In this document: in pieces, positions 19,955-29,952 of the stretch
Numbering within the stretch: position 1 is the stretch's first letter
Layout of the letters: each line of letters begins with the position of its first letter
NCBI GenBank assembly: GCA_031082145.1
Contig: JAVHLP010000001.1
Location: 436,883-500,882 of the forward strand
Direction of reading: 5' to 3'
Length of the DNA: 64,000 nt
Source of the DNA: a bacterium
GTDB lineage: Bacteria; Bacillota; Sulfobacillia; UBA995
Translations under genes and position numbers: made by a program
The notes under the pieces: generated by a model
The model's database searches: none
Seen by the model: only the letters and a program-made list of their open reading frames with translations
Told to the model about the DNA's origin: nothing

Positions 19955-21007
19955 CTATACGAACCAACTCTCGAAGATCTCCTTCAACCGCGAGTTCTCC
20001 CGCAGGCAAGCCAGGGCGATTAGGTCGTGGCCGCGGGCATAGCCGTTGCCGATGATCATGTTGACGTCCCGGCCGATCCCCTCCGCCCCCAGGGCCGCGG
20101 CCGTGAAGCTGGTAGCCATGCTGAAGAAGTAGACCGTCCCACCCTCGCGGGTGCACAAGACCGACGTCATCTCCGTCCCGGGCACGTTCACGCAGTTGAT
20201 GGTGACGTCGGCCGCCTCGCCCCCGGAAACCGCGTGGAAAGCGGCCAGGGCCTCCAGCGGGCGGTCGGCGCCGGCAGCGAAGACGGCGTCGCTGATACCC
20301 AGGGACGCGGCCCGTTCCACTGAGGCCGGGCTGTGCGCCATGGCGTAGAGCCTGCCGGTGACGCCGGCCCGCTTCCTTGCCTCGTGCAGGCATAACAGTC
20401 CTGATTTGCCGCCGGCGCCGATGACCAGTACGCTGTCCCCCGGCCGGACCAGGCGGGCGGTCTGGGCGGGGGCCCCGGCGACGTCCAGTACGGCCAGGGC
20501 CAGCGTCTCGGGCAGATCGGTGGGGATGGGAGCGTAGATGCCGGAAGCGAAGAGCACCGCCCGGCCATCAACCTCGACCTGATCCCGGTCCAGGTTCACC
20601 TGCCGGATCCGCTCAAGCTTCAGGGGAGTGAGGGACAGGGAGACCAACGTGGCGATCCGGATCCCCGGCTGCAGGCTGCCCGCCGCGGGATGTTCAGGCC
20701 CGACCCGCTCCACGGTCCCCAGCAGCATGCCGCCGGACCCGGTGACCGGGTTGTGGAGCTTGCCTCGCCGGGCCACGATGTCGAGGATGGCGGCTGCCAT
20801 GTTGTCCTCAACGCTCCCGCCCTTCTCCTCGGCCGCCTTCTCGAGCTGGGTGAAGCTGGCGGCGTCGACGTTCAGGGTGTCCACCCGGATGAGCAGCTCG
20901 TTGGGGGCGATGTCGGGGCAGTTGTCGATCCGCCAGGCCGGCTGGGGCAGCGACCCCGCCGGTTCAAGGCTGCGGTGACTGCCATAGGGGCAAGGTCTTC
21001 TGGTCAC
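19955..21007 (-). CDS. kdd: L-erythro-3,5-diaminohexanoate dehydrogenase
   Basis: CPYGSHR, LNVDAASF, HNPVTGSGGML, LDVAGAPAQ, GAGGKSG, FFSMATSF, IGNGY. Confidence 0.95.
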   Translation of the reverse strand: MTRRPCPYGSHRSLEPAGSLPQPAWRIDNCPDIAPNELLIRVDTLNVDAASFTQLEKAAEEKGGSVEDNMAAAILDIVARRGKLHNPVTGSGGMLLGTVERVGPEHPAAGSLQPGIRIATLVSLSLTPLKLERIRQVNLDRDQVEVDGRAVLFASGIYAPIPTDLPETLALAVLDVAGAPAQTARLVRPGDSVLVIGAGGKSGLLCLHEARKRAGVTGRLYAMAHSPASVERAASLGISDAVFAAGADRPLEALAAFHAVSGGEAADVTINCVNVPGTEMTSVLCTREGGTVYFFSMATSFTAAALGAEGIGRDVNMIIGNGYARGHDLIALACLRENSRLKEIFESWFV

Positions 21008-21069
21008 GTTCAACCTCCTCGGTCCCGGGGACCGGGAAAATGGTCTCTCTGCTCCCTGTAGGTTGTCCC

Positions 21070-21087
21070 ATGCAAGAACGGTGCCCC
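21070..21087 (-). promoter_or_regulatory. sigma54 (-24/-12) promoter of the lysine operon
   Basis: Minus strand GGGGCAC-CGTTC-TTGCAT matches TGGCAC-N5-TTGC, about 60 nt upstream of kdd. Confidence 0.8.
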
Positions 21088-21251
21088 GCAGCGGAACCAG
21101 CAAGGCGAGGAGTCCGGCGAGAGCAGTGCCGGGAATTGGGCAGGGGAGGCCGGCGGTACCCGGGTGCTGCCGGTACCTGAGCGTGAAGACGGCCGACGGT
21201 GTATGCCGCTTGCGGAACGTCAGGGGCAAGGCCGGTTCTCGGCCGCCCCCG

Positions 21252-21551
21252 TCACGGCTGCCTCTCAGGCTCTCCTTCCCTCAACCTCTCCCACAGCGCC
21301 CGGATGATGACCATGGAAGCGGTGTCGGGGTGCATTCCGGCCCCTCCGCACGAGTTCAGCAGCTCGATGTTGCCCTGCCACAGGCCGAAGCTGTTCCGGA
21401 CGAACATCCCCAGGCCGAAGTGGAACAGATCCAGATCCCATTCATCACTGACATCCCGAACAGCCTGCTTACCCTGATCGGACAGGAGGGTCAGGAGGCG
21501 CTCGACGGCGGCGTGAACTGTCCTCGGCCATTGCCCTTCCTGGCTATCCAT
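21252..21551 (-). CDS. Small conserved protein (DUF6794-like)
   Basis: HFGLGMFVRNSFGLW...HPDTASMVII motif. Confidence 0.65.
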   Translation of the reverse strand: MDSQEGQWPRTVHAAVERLLTLLSDQGKQAVRDVSDEWDLDLFHFGLGMFVRNSFGLWQGNIELLNSCGGAGMHPDTASMVIIRALWERLREGEPERQP

Positions 21552-21735
21552 GGCAGGTTGCCAGCCCTTTCGCCACCGACCTGCATCTGCTGCGCGTGGA
21601 CCTTGGCGTCGCCCGATGATCGCGGCCAGCAGTCCTGGTGGAGTCCCGCTGAACCCGGGGTTCTCCCGCGTATCGTCTGAGAACGCGATTCGCCAAATTC
21701 CGCCATCTTCCCTCCCCCCGGTGAGATGAGGAAGC

Positions 21736-21900
21736 TCAGAGCGATCCGGCTAGGGTCTCCAGGATCAGCGGGGAGTGGAGCAGCAGCAGGGCGGCGAGGA
21801 GGCGCGTCGTGCTGGTGCGGCCGTGGCTTGTGGTAACGAGACCCTGGAGCCGGGCCCGCTGTTCGTAATGGACTGGCCCCAGGGGACCGAGCCCCGGCAC
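21736..21900 (-). pseudogene. Probable Mur-ligase fragment
   Basis: LVTTSHGRTSTTRLLAALL resembles the Mur ligase P-loop VTGSHGKTTTT.L.A.LL, in a 54-codon ORF. Confidence 0.35.
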
Positions 21901-21923
21901 GCTCCCCCTCCTCTCGTCCACCG

Positions 21924-22070
21924 CTAACCGAGGTGCCGCCTGACCATCACCATCTGGCCGCAGTGATCGGGCGTGGGAAAGGCGATCAGGGCCAGCAACC
22001 AGCGCAGGGTGAGATCCGGGTCCAGTGAGCCGCCCCTGACCGATGCCAGGGCCGACCTGAGCGCGGTCAC
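21924..22070 (-). pseudogene. Probable DinB-family C-terminal remnant
   Basis: 48-codon ORF coupled (GTGA) to the ywlG stop, ending ...TLRWLL...DHCGQMVMVRRHLG (DinB HxGQxxxxRRxLG). Confidence 0.4.
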
Positions 22071-22627
22071 TTGCCCGGGTCCGGCTCGTAGTGGGCCCGC
22101 TCGCCACCGACGAGCTTGGGGCGGGTACGGGCCATGGTCAAGTGGGCGGCGCCGATGGCCTTGAGCTGGGGGCGCACCGGCACCGCCACCCGCTTCAGGT
22201 GCATACCAATGAGGGTGTCGCCGATGTCCAGGCCGGCGTGGGCGGCGACGCTCTCCACCACGACCGGGTCCGCCAGGCGCTCCATGGCCACCACCGACAG
22301 GGCGCCGCCGGCCTTCAGGTGGGGAACCACGCCCACTATCTCCAGGCCGTACTTCTCGGCGCAGGCCCGTTCGGTGACCAGGGCCCGGTTCAGGTGCTCG
22401 CAGCACTGCACCGCCAGGTATAGCCGGTTAGCTTGGACTTCCGGTTCCAGTGCCCGGTACACGGCTTCGGCCACCTCGCGGTTGGAGGCGGTACCGATCT
22501 TGTGTCCCAGCACCTCGGAGGTGCTGCAACCCACGATCAGGATCTGGCCCGGCCGGAGTCCGGCGACTCCGGTAAGCTGGCGAACGGCGGCTTGGACTTG
22601 ACTGGTCAGTTGCTCGAGATCGACCAT
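22067..22627 (-). CDS. ywlG: TIGR01440/UPF0340 family protein
   Basis: VGCSTSEV.G..IG, QCCEHLNRALV, AGG, GLDIGDTLIGMHLKRVAVPVR, TRPKLVGGERA. Confidence 0.92.
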   Translation of the reverse strand: MVDLEQLTSQVQAAVRQLTGVAGLRPGQILIVGCSTSEVLGHKIGTASNREVAEAVYRALEPEVQANRLYLAVQCCEHLNRALVTERACAEKYGLEIVGVVPHLKAGGALSVVAMERLADPVVVESVAAHAGLDIGDTLIGMHLKRVAVPVRPQLKAIGAAHLTMARTRPKLVGGERAHYEPDPGK

Positions 22628-22649
22628 GGGATCTTGGGCGCTCCTTTTC

Positions 22650-23783
22650 TCAGGTATACGACGCTACCTTGCACGCTACCTCCTGCCGGTATCCCGTGAT
22701 GACCCTGACGTAGCCGCTCAGGTCGCCGTTCAGGTCGCTGGCCCCGGTATCCACCAGCAGGGGGTTGCCTCCCAGGGCCACCAGCTTGCCCATGGTGGCG
22801 ACCACGATGATGCTGTCCACGCCCGCCTTCCGGATCACCCGCGGGCTGATCTGCTGGTTTCCCCGGCCGAAGATGAACCCCTGGCCGCCGATAGGGGTGA
22901 CGACAATCCTGGCCGGCCCGCTCTCCAGGAGCGAGAGTAACACGCTCTCGGTAGTATCGCCGGCAACCAGGCGGCCGCCCTGGGCTACGTCGACCCCCAG
23001 GAGGGTCTTGGGCAGCCCCAGGCGCTCCAGGATGGCCCGGGTGGTCGTGCCCGGCCCCACCACGTACAGGCGACCGTCCTCCATCCGGTCGATGACCTCC
23101 GAGGCGATCCCGTCCAGGGCCGACTCCTCCCCGCCACGGCTCCCGGCCTTGAGTGACTGGACCATCCCCGCCTCGTGAGGCACCTTGAGGTAGCCATAAA
23201 GCCGGGCCGAGACCCGGCCGGCCCGGAAGGCCTCCTCGTCGATATCCATGACCTCCGCTTCCCGTACCCGGGTCACCTTGCCCTCCAGGAAGAGAGCGGC
23301 CAGGTCGCCTGCGCTCCGGGGGGTGGTGGCGCATACCGCCGAGTGGATCTTCACCCCGGCGGGAACGCCCACCGCCACCAGGCCGGCCCCCACGGCAGTG
23401 CAGATGTCGCGGGCGGTGCCGTCACCCCCGGCGAACAGGAGCAGATCCACTCCCCGGTCCATCAGGTCGCCGGCCGCCCGCCGCGTGTCCTCGCCGGTGG
23501 TGCGGCCGGGCTCAATCAAACCGATCACGGTGGGTACAAAACCCGCCCGGCGGGCCTCGTTCTCACCCATGTCGTGGGGATAGGTGACCAGGTTGAAGGT
23601 GTCCTTCAGGCGCAGCAGCCGGCCCAGGGCCTCAACCGCCCGCCCGGGAGCCTCGGGGACGGCCCCCAGTTCCCGAGCCTGCTCCAGGATGGCGGGGCCA
23701 TCGGTCCCCTTGAGGCCGACCCTTCCCCCCATTCCGGCCACCGGGTTCACGATCAGGCCCAGCTTCTTCAACTGGCCGCCCAC
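22650..23783 (-). CDS. ATP/polyphosphate-NAD kinase-like protein (COG3199-type)
   Basis: VNPVAGMGGRVGLKGTDG, FAGGDGTARD, GVPAGVKIHS, GGQGFIFGRGNQQ. Confidence 0.85.
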   Translation of the reverse strand: MGGQLKKLGLIVNPVAGMGGRVGLKGTDGPAILEQARELGAVPEAPGRAVEALGRLLRLKDTFNLVTYPHDMGENEARRAGFVPTVIGLIEPGRTTGEDTRRAAGDLMDRGVDLLLFAGGDGTARDICTAVGAGLVAVGVPAGVKIHSAVCATTPRSAGDLAALFLEGKVTRVREAEVMDIDEEAFRAGRVSARLYGYLKVPHEAGMVQSLKAGSRGGEESALDGIASEVIDRMEDGRLYVVGPGTTTRAILERLGLPKTLLGVDVAQGGRLVAGDTTESVLLSLLESGPARIVVTPIGGQGFIFGRGNQQISPRVIRKAGVDSIIVVATMGKLVALGGNPLLVDTGASDLNGDLSGYVRVITGYRQEVACKVASYT

Positions 23784-23826
23784 CGTTCCTTTCCCGGGAG
23801 GGCCACCGGTGAGACGGCCCCCCGCT

Positions 23827-25377
23827 CTACCGCTTCTTTCTCTTCTTGAGGTAGGCCCGCCAGGTCATCGCCCAGCGCTCGGGATCGTCGAGGGCACTCT
23901 CGTCAATCCGGCTTATGGTGCTGCGGTGGGGAGCCGTCAGCACAATCTCCGGGTTGGTGTAGGCTTCCTCGGCGATGTGCCGGAGAACCTCAACGTACTC
24001 ATCGATGTCGTCCTTGGAGTAGGACTCGCACGGTTCCAGGGTGAAGGGCTCGGGGACCACGAAGGGATGATGGCTCTCGAAGTAGCTTTGCAGGCCGAAG
24101 TCCACCATGCGGCGCCGCACGTCGTGCGTGCCCACCCCCGTCGCCTGCCGGAGTGGTTCCCAGCTGTAGCGGATCTGATCCAGCCGGTGGCTGGCCCGGG
24201 GATAGGGGATGGCCACGCCCGGGATCGCCGCCATCTTCCTGGCCATGTAGTTGTTGTTGAGCACCGAGATATCGGTCGCCATCCGCAGGCCCTCCGGCCC
24301 CATGCTCATGGACCAGGCGTAGGAGCGCAGGACCACCGGGATATTGCCCAGGAAACCCCGGACCCGGCCTATACTGTCCGGCCGGTCATAGGCCAGGCGG
24401 TACCGCTTGCCGTCGTATTCCACCACCGGAACGGGAAGGAACCGCGCCAGTTCGGCGGTGACGCCCACCGCGCCGGAGGCCGGTCCCGCGCAACCGTGGG
24501 GGGACGAGAAGGTCTTATGGAGATTGAAGTGGCACATGTCGAAGCCTGCCTCGCGGGCCCGGGCCACCCCCAGGATGCCATTGGCGTTGGCCTGGTCGTA
24601 AGAGCAGAGCCCGCCGGCGTCGTGGACTCGGTCCACGTACTCCCGGATGCGCGGGTTGAAGATGCCGGTGTCCTCGGGGTTGGTGATCATCATGCCCGCG
24701 GTCCGTTCCGACACCACCGCCTTCAGGGCTTCGAGGTCGGGGTAGCCGTTCTCGTCGGGCATCAGGGTGATCACCTTGAAGCCGGCCGTAGCCGGGCAGG
24801 CGGCATCGGCAGGGTGTGAGAAGATGGTGGTGATGATCTCGTTTCGTTGCTTGTCACCGCGTGATTCATGGTGGGCCCGGATCAAGCAGGCATTGGTGTA
24901 GATGCCCTGGGCGCCGCCGCCGGGCTGGAAGGTGAAGCGGTCCAGGCCCGAGATCTCCTTGAGGATCCGCTCGAAGCGGTACATGATCTCCAGGATGCCC
25001 TGCACCGTGTCGTCGTCCTGGTAGGGGTGCAGTTCGGTCATCTCGGGCAGGGCGGCCATCTGCTCGTTAACCTTCGGACTGTACTTCATGGTGCAGGTGC
25101 CCTGGCTGATATCCAGGTTCAGGTCGGTCCCCAGGCACATCTGTGACAGCCTGAGGTAATGGCGAAGCACGTGGGGCTGGGCCAATTCGGGCAGCCGGGG
25201 CACGTCCTTCCGCCGCACCTCGGCCGGGATGGAAGCCAGGACGTCGCCGGCCACCCGCTCGATCTCCTCGCCGGCCTCCGGGACCAGCACGCCCCGCTCC
25301 CCGGGACTGCCCAGTTCCAGGATGATTGGCTCCTGCCAGGCGACCGCCTGGTAGCGTTCCTTCAGGCGCCTCTTCAT
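23827..25377 (-). CDS. gcvPB: Glycine decarboxylase P-protein subunit 2 homolog (divergent)
   Basis: GTCTMKYSPK, QPGGGAQG, TNPEDTG, DQANANG, HFNLHKTFSSPHG (PLP Lys), EPCES. Confidence 0.87.
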   Translation of the reverse strand: MKRRLKERYQAVAWQEPIILELGSPGERGVLVPEAGEEIERVAGDVLASIPAEVRRKDVPRLPELAQPHVLRHYLRLSQMCLGTDLNLDISQGTCTMKYSPKVNEQMAALPEMTELHPYQDDDTVQGILEIMYRFERILKEISGLDRFTFQPGGGAQGIYTNACLIRAHHESRGDKQRNEIITTIFSHPADAACPATAGFKVITLMPDENGYPDLEALKAVVSERTAGMMITNPEDTGIFNPRIREYVDRVHDAGGLCSYDQANANGILGVARAREAGFDMCHFNLHKTFSSPHGCAGPASGAVGVTAELARFLPVPVVEYDGKRYRLAYDRPDSIGRVRGFLGNIPVVLRSYAWSMSMGPEGLRMATDISVLNNNYMARKMAAIPGVAIPYPRASHRLDQIRYSWEPLRQATGVGTHDVRRRMVDFGLQSYFESHHPFVVPEPFTLEPCESYSKDDIDEYVEVLRHIAEEAYTNPEIVLTAPHRSTISRIDESALDDPERWAMTWRAYLKKRKKR

Positions 25378-26762
25378 CGGAGAACCTCCTTCACGGCGTC
25401 AACCAGCCTCTCGATGGCTTCCCGGCTGTGAATCTCGGTCACGCAGTAGAGCGCGCTGTTCCCCAACTCGGGGTAAGAAGCACTGAGATCGATGCCGCCG
25501 AAGATCCGGTGCCCGAGCAGTGCCCGATTGACGTCCGCCACGGGCCGGTCAAAGGTGACCACAAACTCCTTGAAGTGGGTTGTGGGGTAAACCGGAGTGG
25601 TGACGCCGTTGAGTTCTCCGAGCCGCTTCATGGCGTAGTACGAACGTTGCATGATGGTCTTGCCCAGGTCGGCCATCCCCTGCGGCCCCATCAGGGCCAG
25701 GTACACCCCGGCGGTGATCCCCCAAAGGGCCGTATTGCTGCCGGTGTAGTCTGGCGAAGTGTCGCGCTTGACAAAGGAAGTGCGGTCGAAGGTGGACCAG
25801 CCGAAGCCGAACTCGCCGCCCTCGCGGGTCTCGGCGATGCTGGTGAGGAAGGTGTTGTACTCGGCGACGAAAGTCTCGTCGTCGCGGCTGGCTATGAATC
25901 CGCAGACGCCGCCGCCGTAGTTCATGTGGATCCCCAGTGGCTGGGCCTCGCCACACACGATGTCGGCGCCGTAAGCGATGGGGGGGGATATTACCCCCAG
26001 CGAGGTGGGGTCGACACCGACCACCAGGAGCGCGCCAAAGGCGTGCGCCATTTCGGCCACAGTGGCCCCCCGGTGCTCGATAAGCCCCAGGTAGGTGGGG
26101 TTCTCCAGGTAGACGCAGGCCGTCCGTGAGGACAGCTTGCGGCGGAGGTCATCCAGGTCGAGCAGGCCGGTGACGGGATCGGTCGCCACGGTCTCCACGT
26201 TCACCACCGGCCGGCAGAAGTTGCGCACGTGGGCAAGCCGCTCGGGTCCGGTGCCCGCCGGCACCAACACCTGCTTGCGGCCGGTGATGCGGGCGGCCAT
26301 GAGGAGGGCGCTGCTGGCCGCGCACGCCCAGTCGTAGGTGGGGCTGGACACCACGTCCATCTCCAGGAGTTCGCCCAGCAGGCTCTGGAACTCGAAGATG
26401 GCCTGATGCTTCCCGAGGTCGGAGTAGGTGTCCCCAACGTAGGCGGTGACGAACTCGCCCCGGGAAGCGATCTCGTCGCAGACCGCCGGGACGTAGTGCT
26501 GCCAGCAACCACCGCCCTTGAAGTTCAGGTACTCCTGGCAGGACCGGTTCTTGCGGAGCAGCCCCTCCACGTGCTGGCGGAGTTCGTACTCGGAGAGCAG
26601 CGGGCCCGGAACGTCGAGGGGGCGCTTCAACCGCAGTGCTTCGGGAATGCCGGTGTACAGGTCCTCGATGTCGCCGGCGCCGATCTCCCGCAGCAACTGG
26701 TCCCGGATGGCCGGGACCGAGTTGGGGATGTAGGGATGGACAAGATCCTTGTCACGGGGCAC
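25374..26762 (-). CDS. gcvPA: Glycine decarboxylase P-protein subunit 1 homolog (divergent)
   Basis: HPYIPN, GGGCWQHYVP, RGEFVTAY, FEFQS, ADIVCGEAQPLG, CVTE. Confidence 0.85.
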   Translation of the reverse strand: MPRDKDLVHPYIPNSVPAIRDQLLREIGAGDIEDLYTGIPEALRLKRPLDVPGPLLSEYELRQHVEGLLRKNRSCQEYLNFKGGGCWQHYVPAVCDEIASRGEFVTAYVGDTYSDLGKHQAIFEFQSLLGELLEMDVVSSPTYDWACAASSALLMAARITGRKQVLVPAGTGPERLAHVRNFCRPVVNVETVATDPVTGLLDLDDLRRKLSSRTACVYLENPTYLGLIEHRGATVAEMAHAFGALLVVGVDPTSLGVISPPIAYGADIVCGEAQPLGIHMNYGGGVCGFIASRDDETFVAEYNTFLTSIAETREGGEFGFGWSTFDRTSFVKRDTSPDYTGSNTALWGITAGVYLALMGPQGMADLGKTIMQRSYYAMKRLGELNGVTTPVYPTTHFKEFVVTFDRPVADVNRALLGHRIFGGIDLSASYPELGNSALYCVTEIHSREAIERLVDAVKEVLR

Positions 26763-26842
26763 TCCGCATCCCTCCAATCTTCTGCCCCGGCGGCCGCGGG
26801 GAGGGCGGTCCAACGGCCGTCCTCCCCCGGTCGCAGTTCGGG

Positions 26843-28351
26843 TTAGCGGCCGGCAGCAGCCAGCTTGTGCTGCCGATGGTAGTTCTCGACTTCCTGGAAC
26901 AGTTCCTCGGTGCGCTTGTCAACCGGCAGGGCGTACCCGCAGCCGATGTAGATGATGGTGTTTACGACCAGGCCCCAGACGCCGGGCGTCCAACCGCCGA
27001 AGGAGATGCCCTCCGGGTGGAGGTAGGTCAGGTAGAAGGCGACCGCCAAGCCGGCGATCATCCCGGCCACGGCGCCCACGGCGTTGCCGCGCTTCCAGTA
27101 CATGCCCAGTAGCTGACCCGGGCCCAGCTGGATGATGAACTGGTAGGTCAGCAGGGCGACGAAGATGAGCATGGGCAGTTCCATGTTGGCGATGAAGAAC
27201 GCCAGCACCGACACCCCGAACACGACGTACTGGGCCAGGCGGGTCGCCTGCCTGCTATCCAGCTTCGAGTTGAGTGGCTTCAGCACGTCCTCGGCGATGG
27301 AAGCGCCGAAGAAGTGAATCAGGCTGGCGGTCGTGGACAGCACCGCCGACATCGCCACCAGGAGAGCGAGGGTGAGGAACACCGGGCCGCCCAGATTGTC
27401 CGAGAGCCAGAGCCAGACCATCTGCGGGTTCTCCCGGGCGTAGCCCAGGCTGTGGGCGCTAAGCCCGAAGAACAGGAAGAACACACAGATGAGGGTCCCG
27501 ATGGTGATCGCCTGCCAGGTGGCTCGCTTGGCCGTCCGCACCGAGTCGGAGGCGAATACCCGGTTCATGGCCCACGGCCACAGGAAGCCGCCCACCGAGC
27601 TGGTGATGATGATCGAGGCCCACCACTGCGGCGGGGGATTCCAGCCGGGGCCGGGGTAGGTGAGGATCTCGGGGAAGTTGGCCACCGCGTTCCGGATCGT
27701 CGCGGCAAAGCCCCCGGTGTTCATGTAAATCAGGATGTAGGTGAACACCGTTGCGCCCAGGGCGAAGAGCAGCCCCTGGACGAAGTGCGCGGTGATGACC
27801 GCCCGCATGCCGCCCAGGGCAACGTACACGGCGATGATGGCCGCGCCAATCAGCATCGCCCACAGGAACGGCAGGTAACCATAGGTCCCGTGGCTCAACA
27901 GGTAGCCGATGGTCCAGAACTCCATGATCAGCCAGGGGAACGAGGCGATGACGCCGACGACACCCGCCAGGGCCTTGATCTTGTTGCTGTTGTAGCGAAG
28001 GCCCCAAAGGGCTCCCTGGGTGTTGAGCTGGTGAGTCGCCCCCCAGATCCACATCTTGTCCAGGATCAGGTAGAGGAGAATCAAGCAAAAGGCGCCGTAG
28101 ACTGGCGTGTACGTATAAACGAAGCCGAAGTTGACCGCCATCCCCATCCAGGCGGTGTACGACGCGCCGACGTACCAGGTCGCCATCATGCTGAAAGTGA
28201 TGGCCCAGACCCCGAAGGCCCGGTTGGCCGTTGCGAACTCGTTGAACTCCTGAACACCGTATGACCGGCGGTTCATCCACAGTAGGACGGCCATGTAGCC
28301 GAGCACTACCAGGGTCGGAATGATGGCCAGCCCCAGCGATACCTCCCTCAC
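26843..28351 (-). CDS. Sodium:solute symporter (SSS, PutP/PanF-like)
   Basis: About 13 TM segments; ANRAFG, YVALGGMRAV..THFVQG, WKRGN..GA.AG. Confidence 0.88.
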   Translation of the reverse strand: MREVSLGLAIIPTLVVLGYMAVLLWMNRRSYGVQEFNEFATANRAFGVWAITFSMMATWYVGASYTAWMGMAVNFGFVYTYTPVYGAFCLILLYLILDKMWIWGATHQLNTQGALWGLRYNSNKIKALAGVVGVIASFPWLIMEFWTIGYLLSHGTYGYLPFLWAMLIGAAIIAVYVALGGMRAVITAHFVQGLLFALGATVFTYILIYMNTGGFAATIRNAVANFPEILTYPGPGWNPPPQWWASIIITSSVGGFLWPWAMNRVFASDSVRTAKRATWQAITIGTLICVFFLFFGLSAHSLGYARENPQMVWLWLSDNLGGPVFLTLALLVAMSAVLSTTASLIHFFGASIAEDVLKPLNSKLDSRQATRLAQYVVFGVSVLAFFIANMELPMLIFVALLTYQFIIQLGPGQLLGMYWKRGNAVGAVAGMIAGLAVAFYLTYLHPEGISFGGWTPGVWGLVVNTIIYIGCGYALPVDKRTEELFQEVENYHRQHKLAAAGR

Positions 28352-28372
28352 GGGTTAACGCCTCCTCTCATG

Positions 28373-28588
28373 TTACTGCTGGATGTCCAGCGTCTGGTAG
28401 ATCGCCAGTCCGATGCAAGACATGAAGGTGAACAGGAAAACACTGAAAATGCTCCACGGGAACGGTCCGACCCATGGATCCAGGCGGTTGATGAAGAGAT
28501 TGAAGGTCCAGGGCGCGGACAGGATGAACAGCATCACGGCGAAGTAGATGACAAAGGCAGTCCTGACCCAGCCTTTCACTCCGGGCAC
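28373..28588 (-). CDS. Small 2-TM symporter accessory subunit (DUF3311-like)
   Basis: PW....NRLDPWVGPFPW motif directly upstream of the SSS gene; AAGGGAGG RBS. Confidence 0.75.
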   Translation of the reverse strand: MPGVKGWVRTAFVIYFAVMLFILSAPWTFNLFINRLDPWVGPFPWSIFSVFLFTFMSCIGLAIYQTLDIQQ

Positions 28589-28653
28589 CTCCCTTCATTG
28601 AGAATCTTGGGAATCGGGTCCCCTTGACAGATGGTCCCGCCTCCCTTCACGGG

Positions 28654-29952
28654 TTACTTGAGGCCGCACCAGTTGATGGCCAACTGGGCCAGAGTCTTGC
28701 AAGCGGTCACCATCTGGTCGATGGGAACGTGCTCGTCCGGGCCATGCGCCCCCATCGAGAGATCGCCTGGCCCGAAGATGACCGCCGGAATGCCCTGCTC
28801 GCACAGGAACGTGCTATCGCACACCGCTTTGAAGCCGGAGAAGACGGGTTCCTCCCCCGTCGCCTGGCGCCAGGACTCGGCCAGTGTCTGGCAGCCCTCG
28901 TGGGCCAGGTCCACGTGGCTGGGCGGCCAGTGGTACATGACCCGGAACCCGGGAGGGTTCTTCTTCAGCCAGTCATCGCAGGCGGCTACACCGTCGATTA
29001 CCCGCTGCATATCCGCCACCACCTCGGCCAGCGATACCCAGGCCGGGTAGTACGTATTCCCCTGGATGTTCGAGCGCCCGGGGACCGCCGCAATGTAGTC
29101 GCCGGCGTCCACCAGGGTAGCGGTGATGGAGAAGCAGCCCACCCCCTGCACGTCGGGCCGGGGAAAGCCGCCCCCGCCCAGGGCCGGATGCCGCCAGCGG
29201 AGGTTCCACTCCCGTTCCAGGTGCTCCCACCCCTGCAGGATCCTGAGCGACTTCACGAACGCATCCACGCCTACGCTCTCACCCACCGGCAAGCCGTAGC
29301 GCTGGGGGAAGATGACCTGATTCTTCAGGCAGGTATGGGTGGGCTTGCCGGCCACCGCCAGTTCCCAGCCGAACGCTCCCGTGGTCACGGGATGGATCTC
29401 GCAGTTGGTAGGCTCCACGACCACGGCGAAGGGGGCGCGGTAGCCCCGGCGGACGGTGGCCGTTGTTCCCAGTTCGTGCTCCATCCGCTCTTCGCCGACC
29501 ACAAACTCGAGGATGAGGTCGCCACCCAGCCGGGTGCCGGTCTCGATGAGGGCCCGGGCCGCGAAGAGGGCGGTGGTGTTTGGACCCTTCATGTCGTTGG
29601 CCCCCCGGCCCCATATCTTCCCGTCCTTCACCGTCGGATTCCAGGGGTCGACCGTCCACCGTTCCTTCTCGAAGTCCTCCACCGGGACCACGTCGCCGTG
29701 GCCGTTGAAGATGAGACCGCGGCCGCCACTGCCGGCCTTGACCGCGACCACGTTCGGGCGCAGCCCTCCCTCGTCCTCGGCCCAGCAGTCCACCTTATCA
29801 AAACCGAACCCTTCGAGCCGCGTCCGCAGCCACTCCTGGGATTCCCTTTCCTGCCCAATGACTGACTTCCGGCGCATGAACTCGAGGCAAAACTGCACCA
29901 TCTCTTCCTGATGGTCCTCAACCCACCGGAACACCCGGGACGAATCAGCCAT
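28654..29952 (-). CDS. ArgE/DapE-family M20 deacylase
   Basis: IFNGHGDVVP, WGRGANDMKG, VVGEE, VEPT, CD, FGPG, AHGPDE. Confidence 0.9.
   Translation of the reverse strand: MADSSRVFRWVEDHQEEMVQFCLEFMRRKSVIGQERESQEWLRTRLEGFGFDKVDCWAEDEGGLRPNVVAVKAGSGGRGLIFNGHGDVVPVEDFEKERWTVDPWNPTVKDGKIWGRGANDMKGPNTTALFAARALIETGTRLGGDLILEFVVGEERMEHELGTTATVRRGYRAPFAVVVEPTNCEIHPVTTGAFGWELAVAGKPTHTCLKNQVIFPQRYGLPVGESVGVDAFVKSLRILQGWEHLEREWNLRWRHPALGGGGFPRPDVQGVGCFSITATLVDAGDYIAAVPGRSNIQGNTYYPAWVSLAEVVADMQRVIDGVAACDDWLKKNPPGFRVMYHWPPSHVDLAHEGCQTLAESWRQATGEEPVFSGFKAVCDSTFLCEQGIPAVIFGPGDLSMGAHGPDEHVPIDQMVTACKTLAQLAINWCGLK

Noticed and set aside
21010-21250. Lysine riboswitch upstream of kdd
   Set aside because: No L-box consensus; a sigma54 promoter close to the gene explains the region.
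21491-21706. 71-aa ORF with a good RBS
   Set aside because: No recognisable features, overlaps the next gene, and lies among gene remnants.
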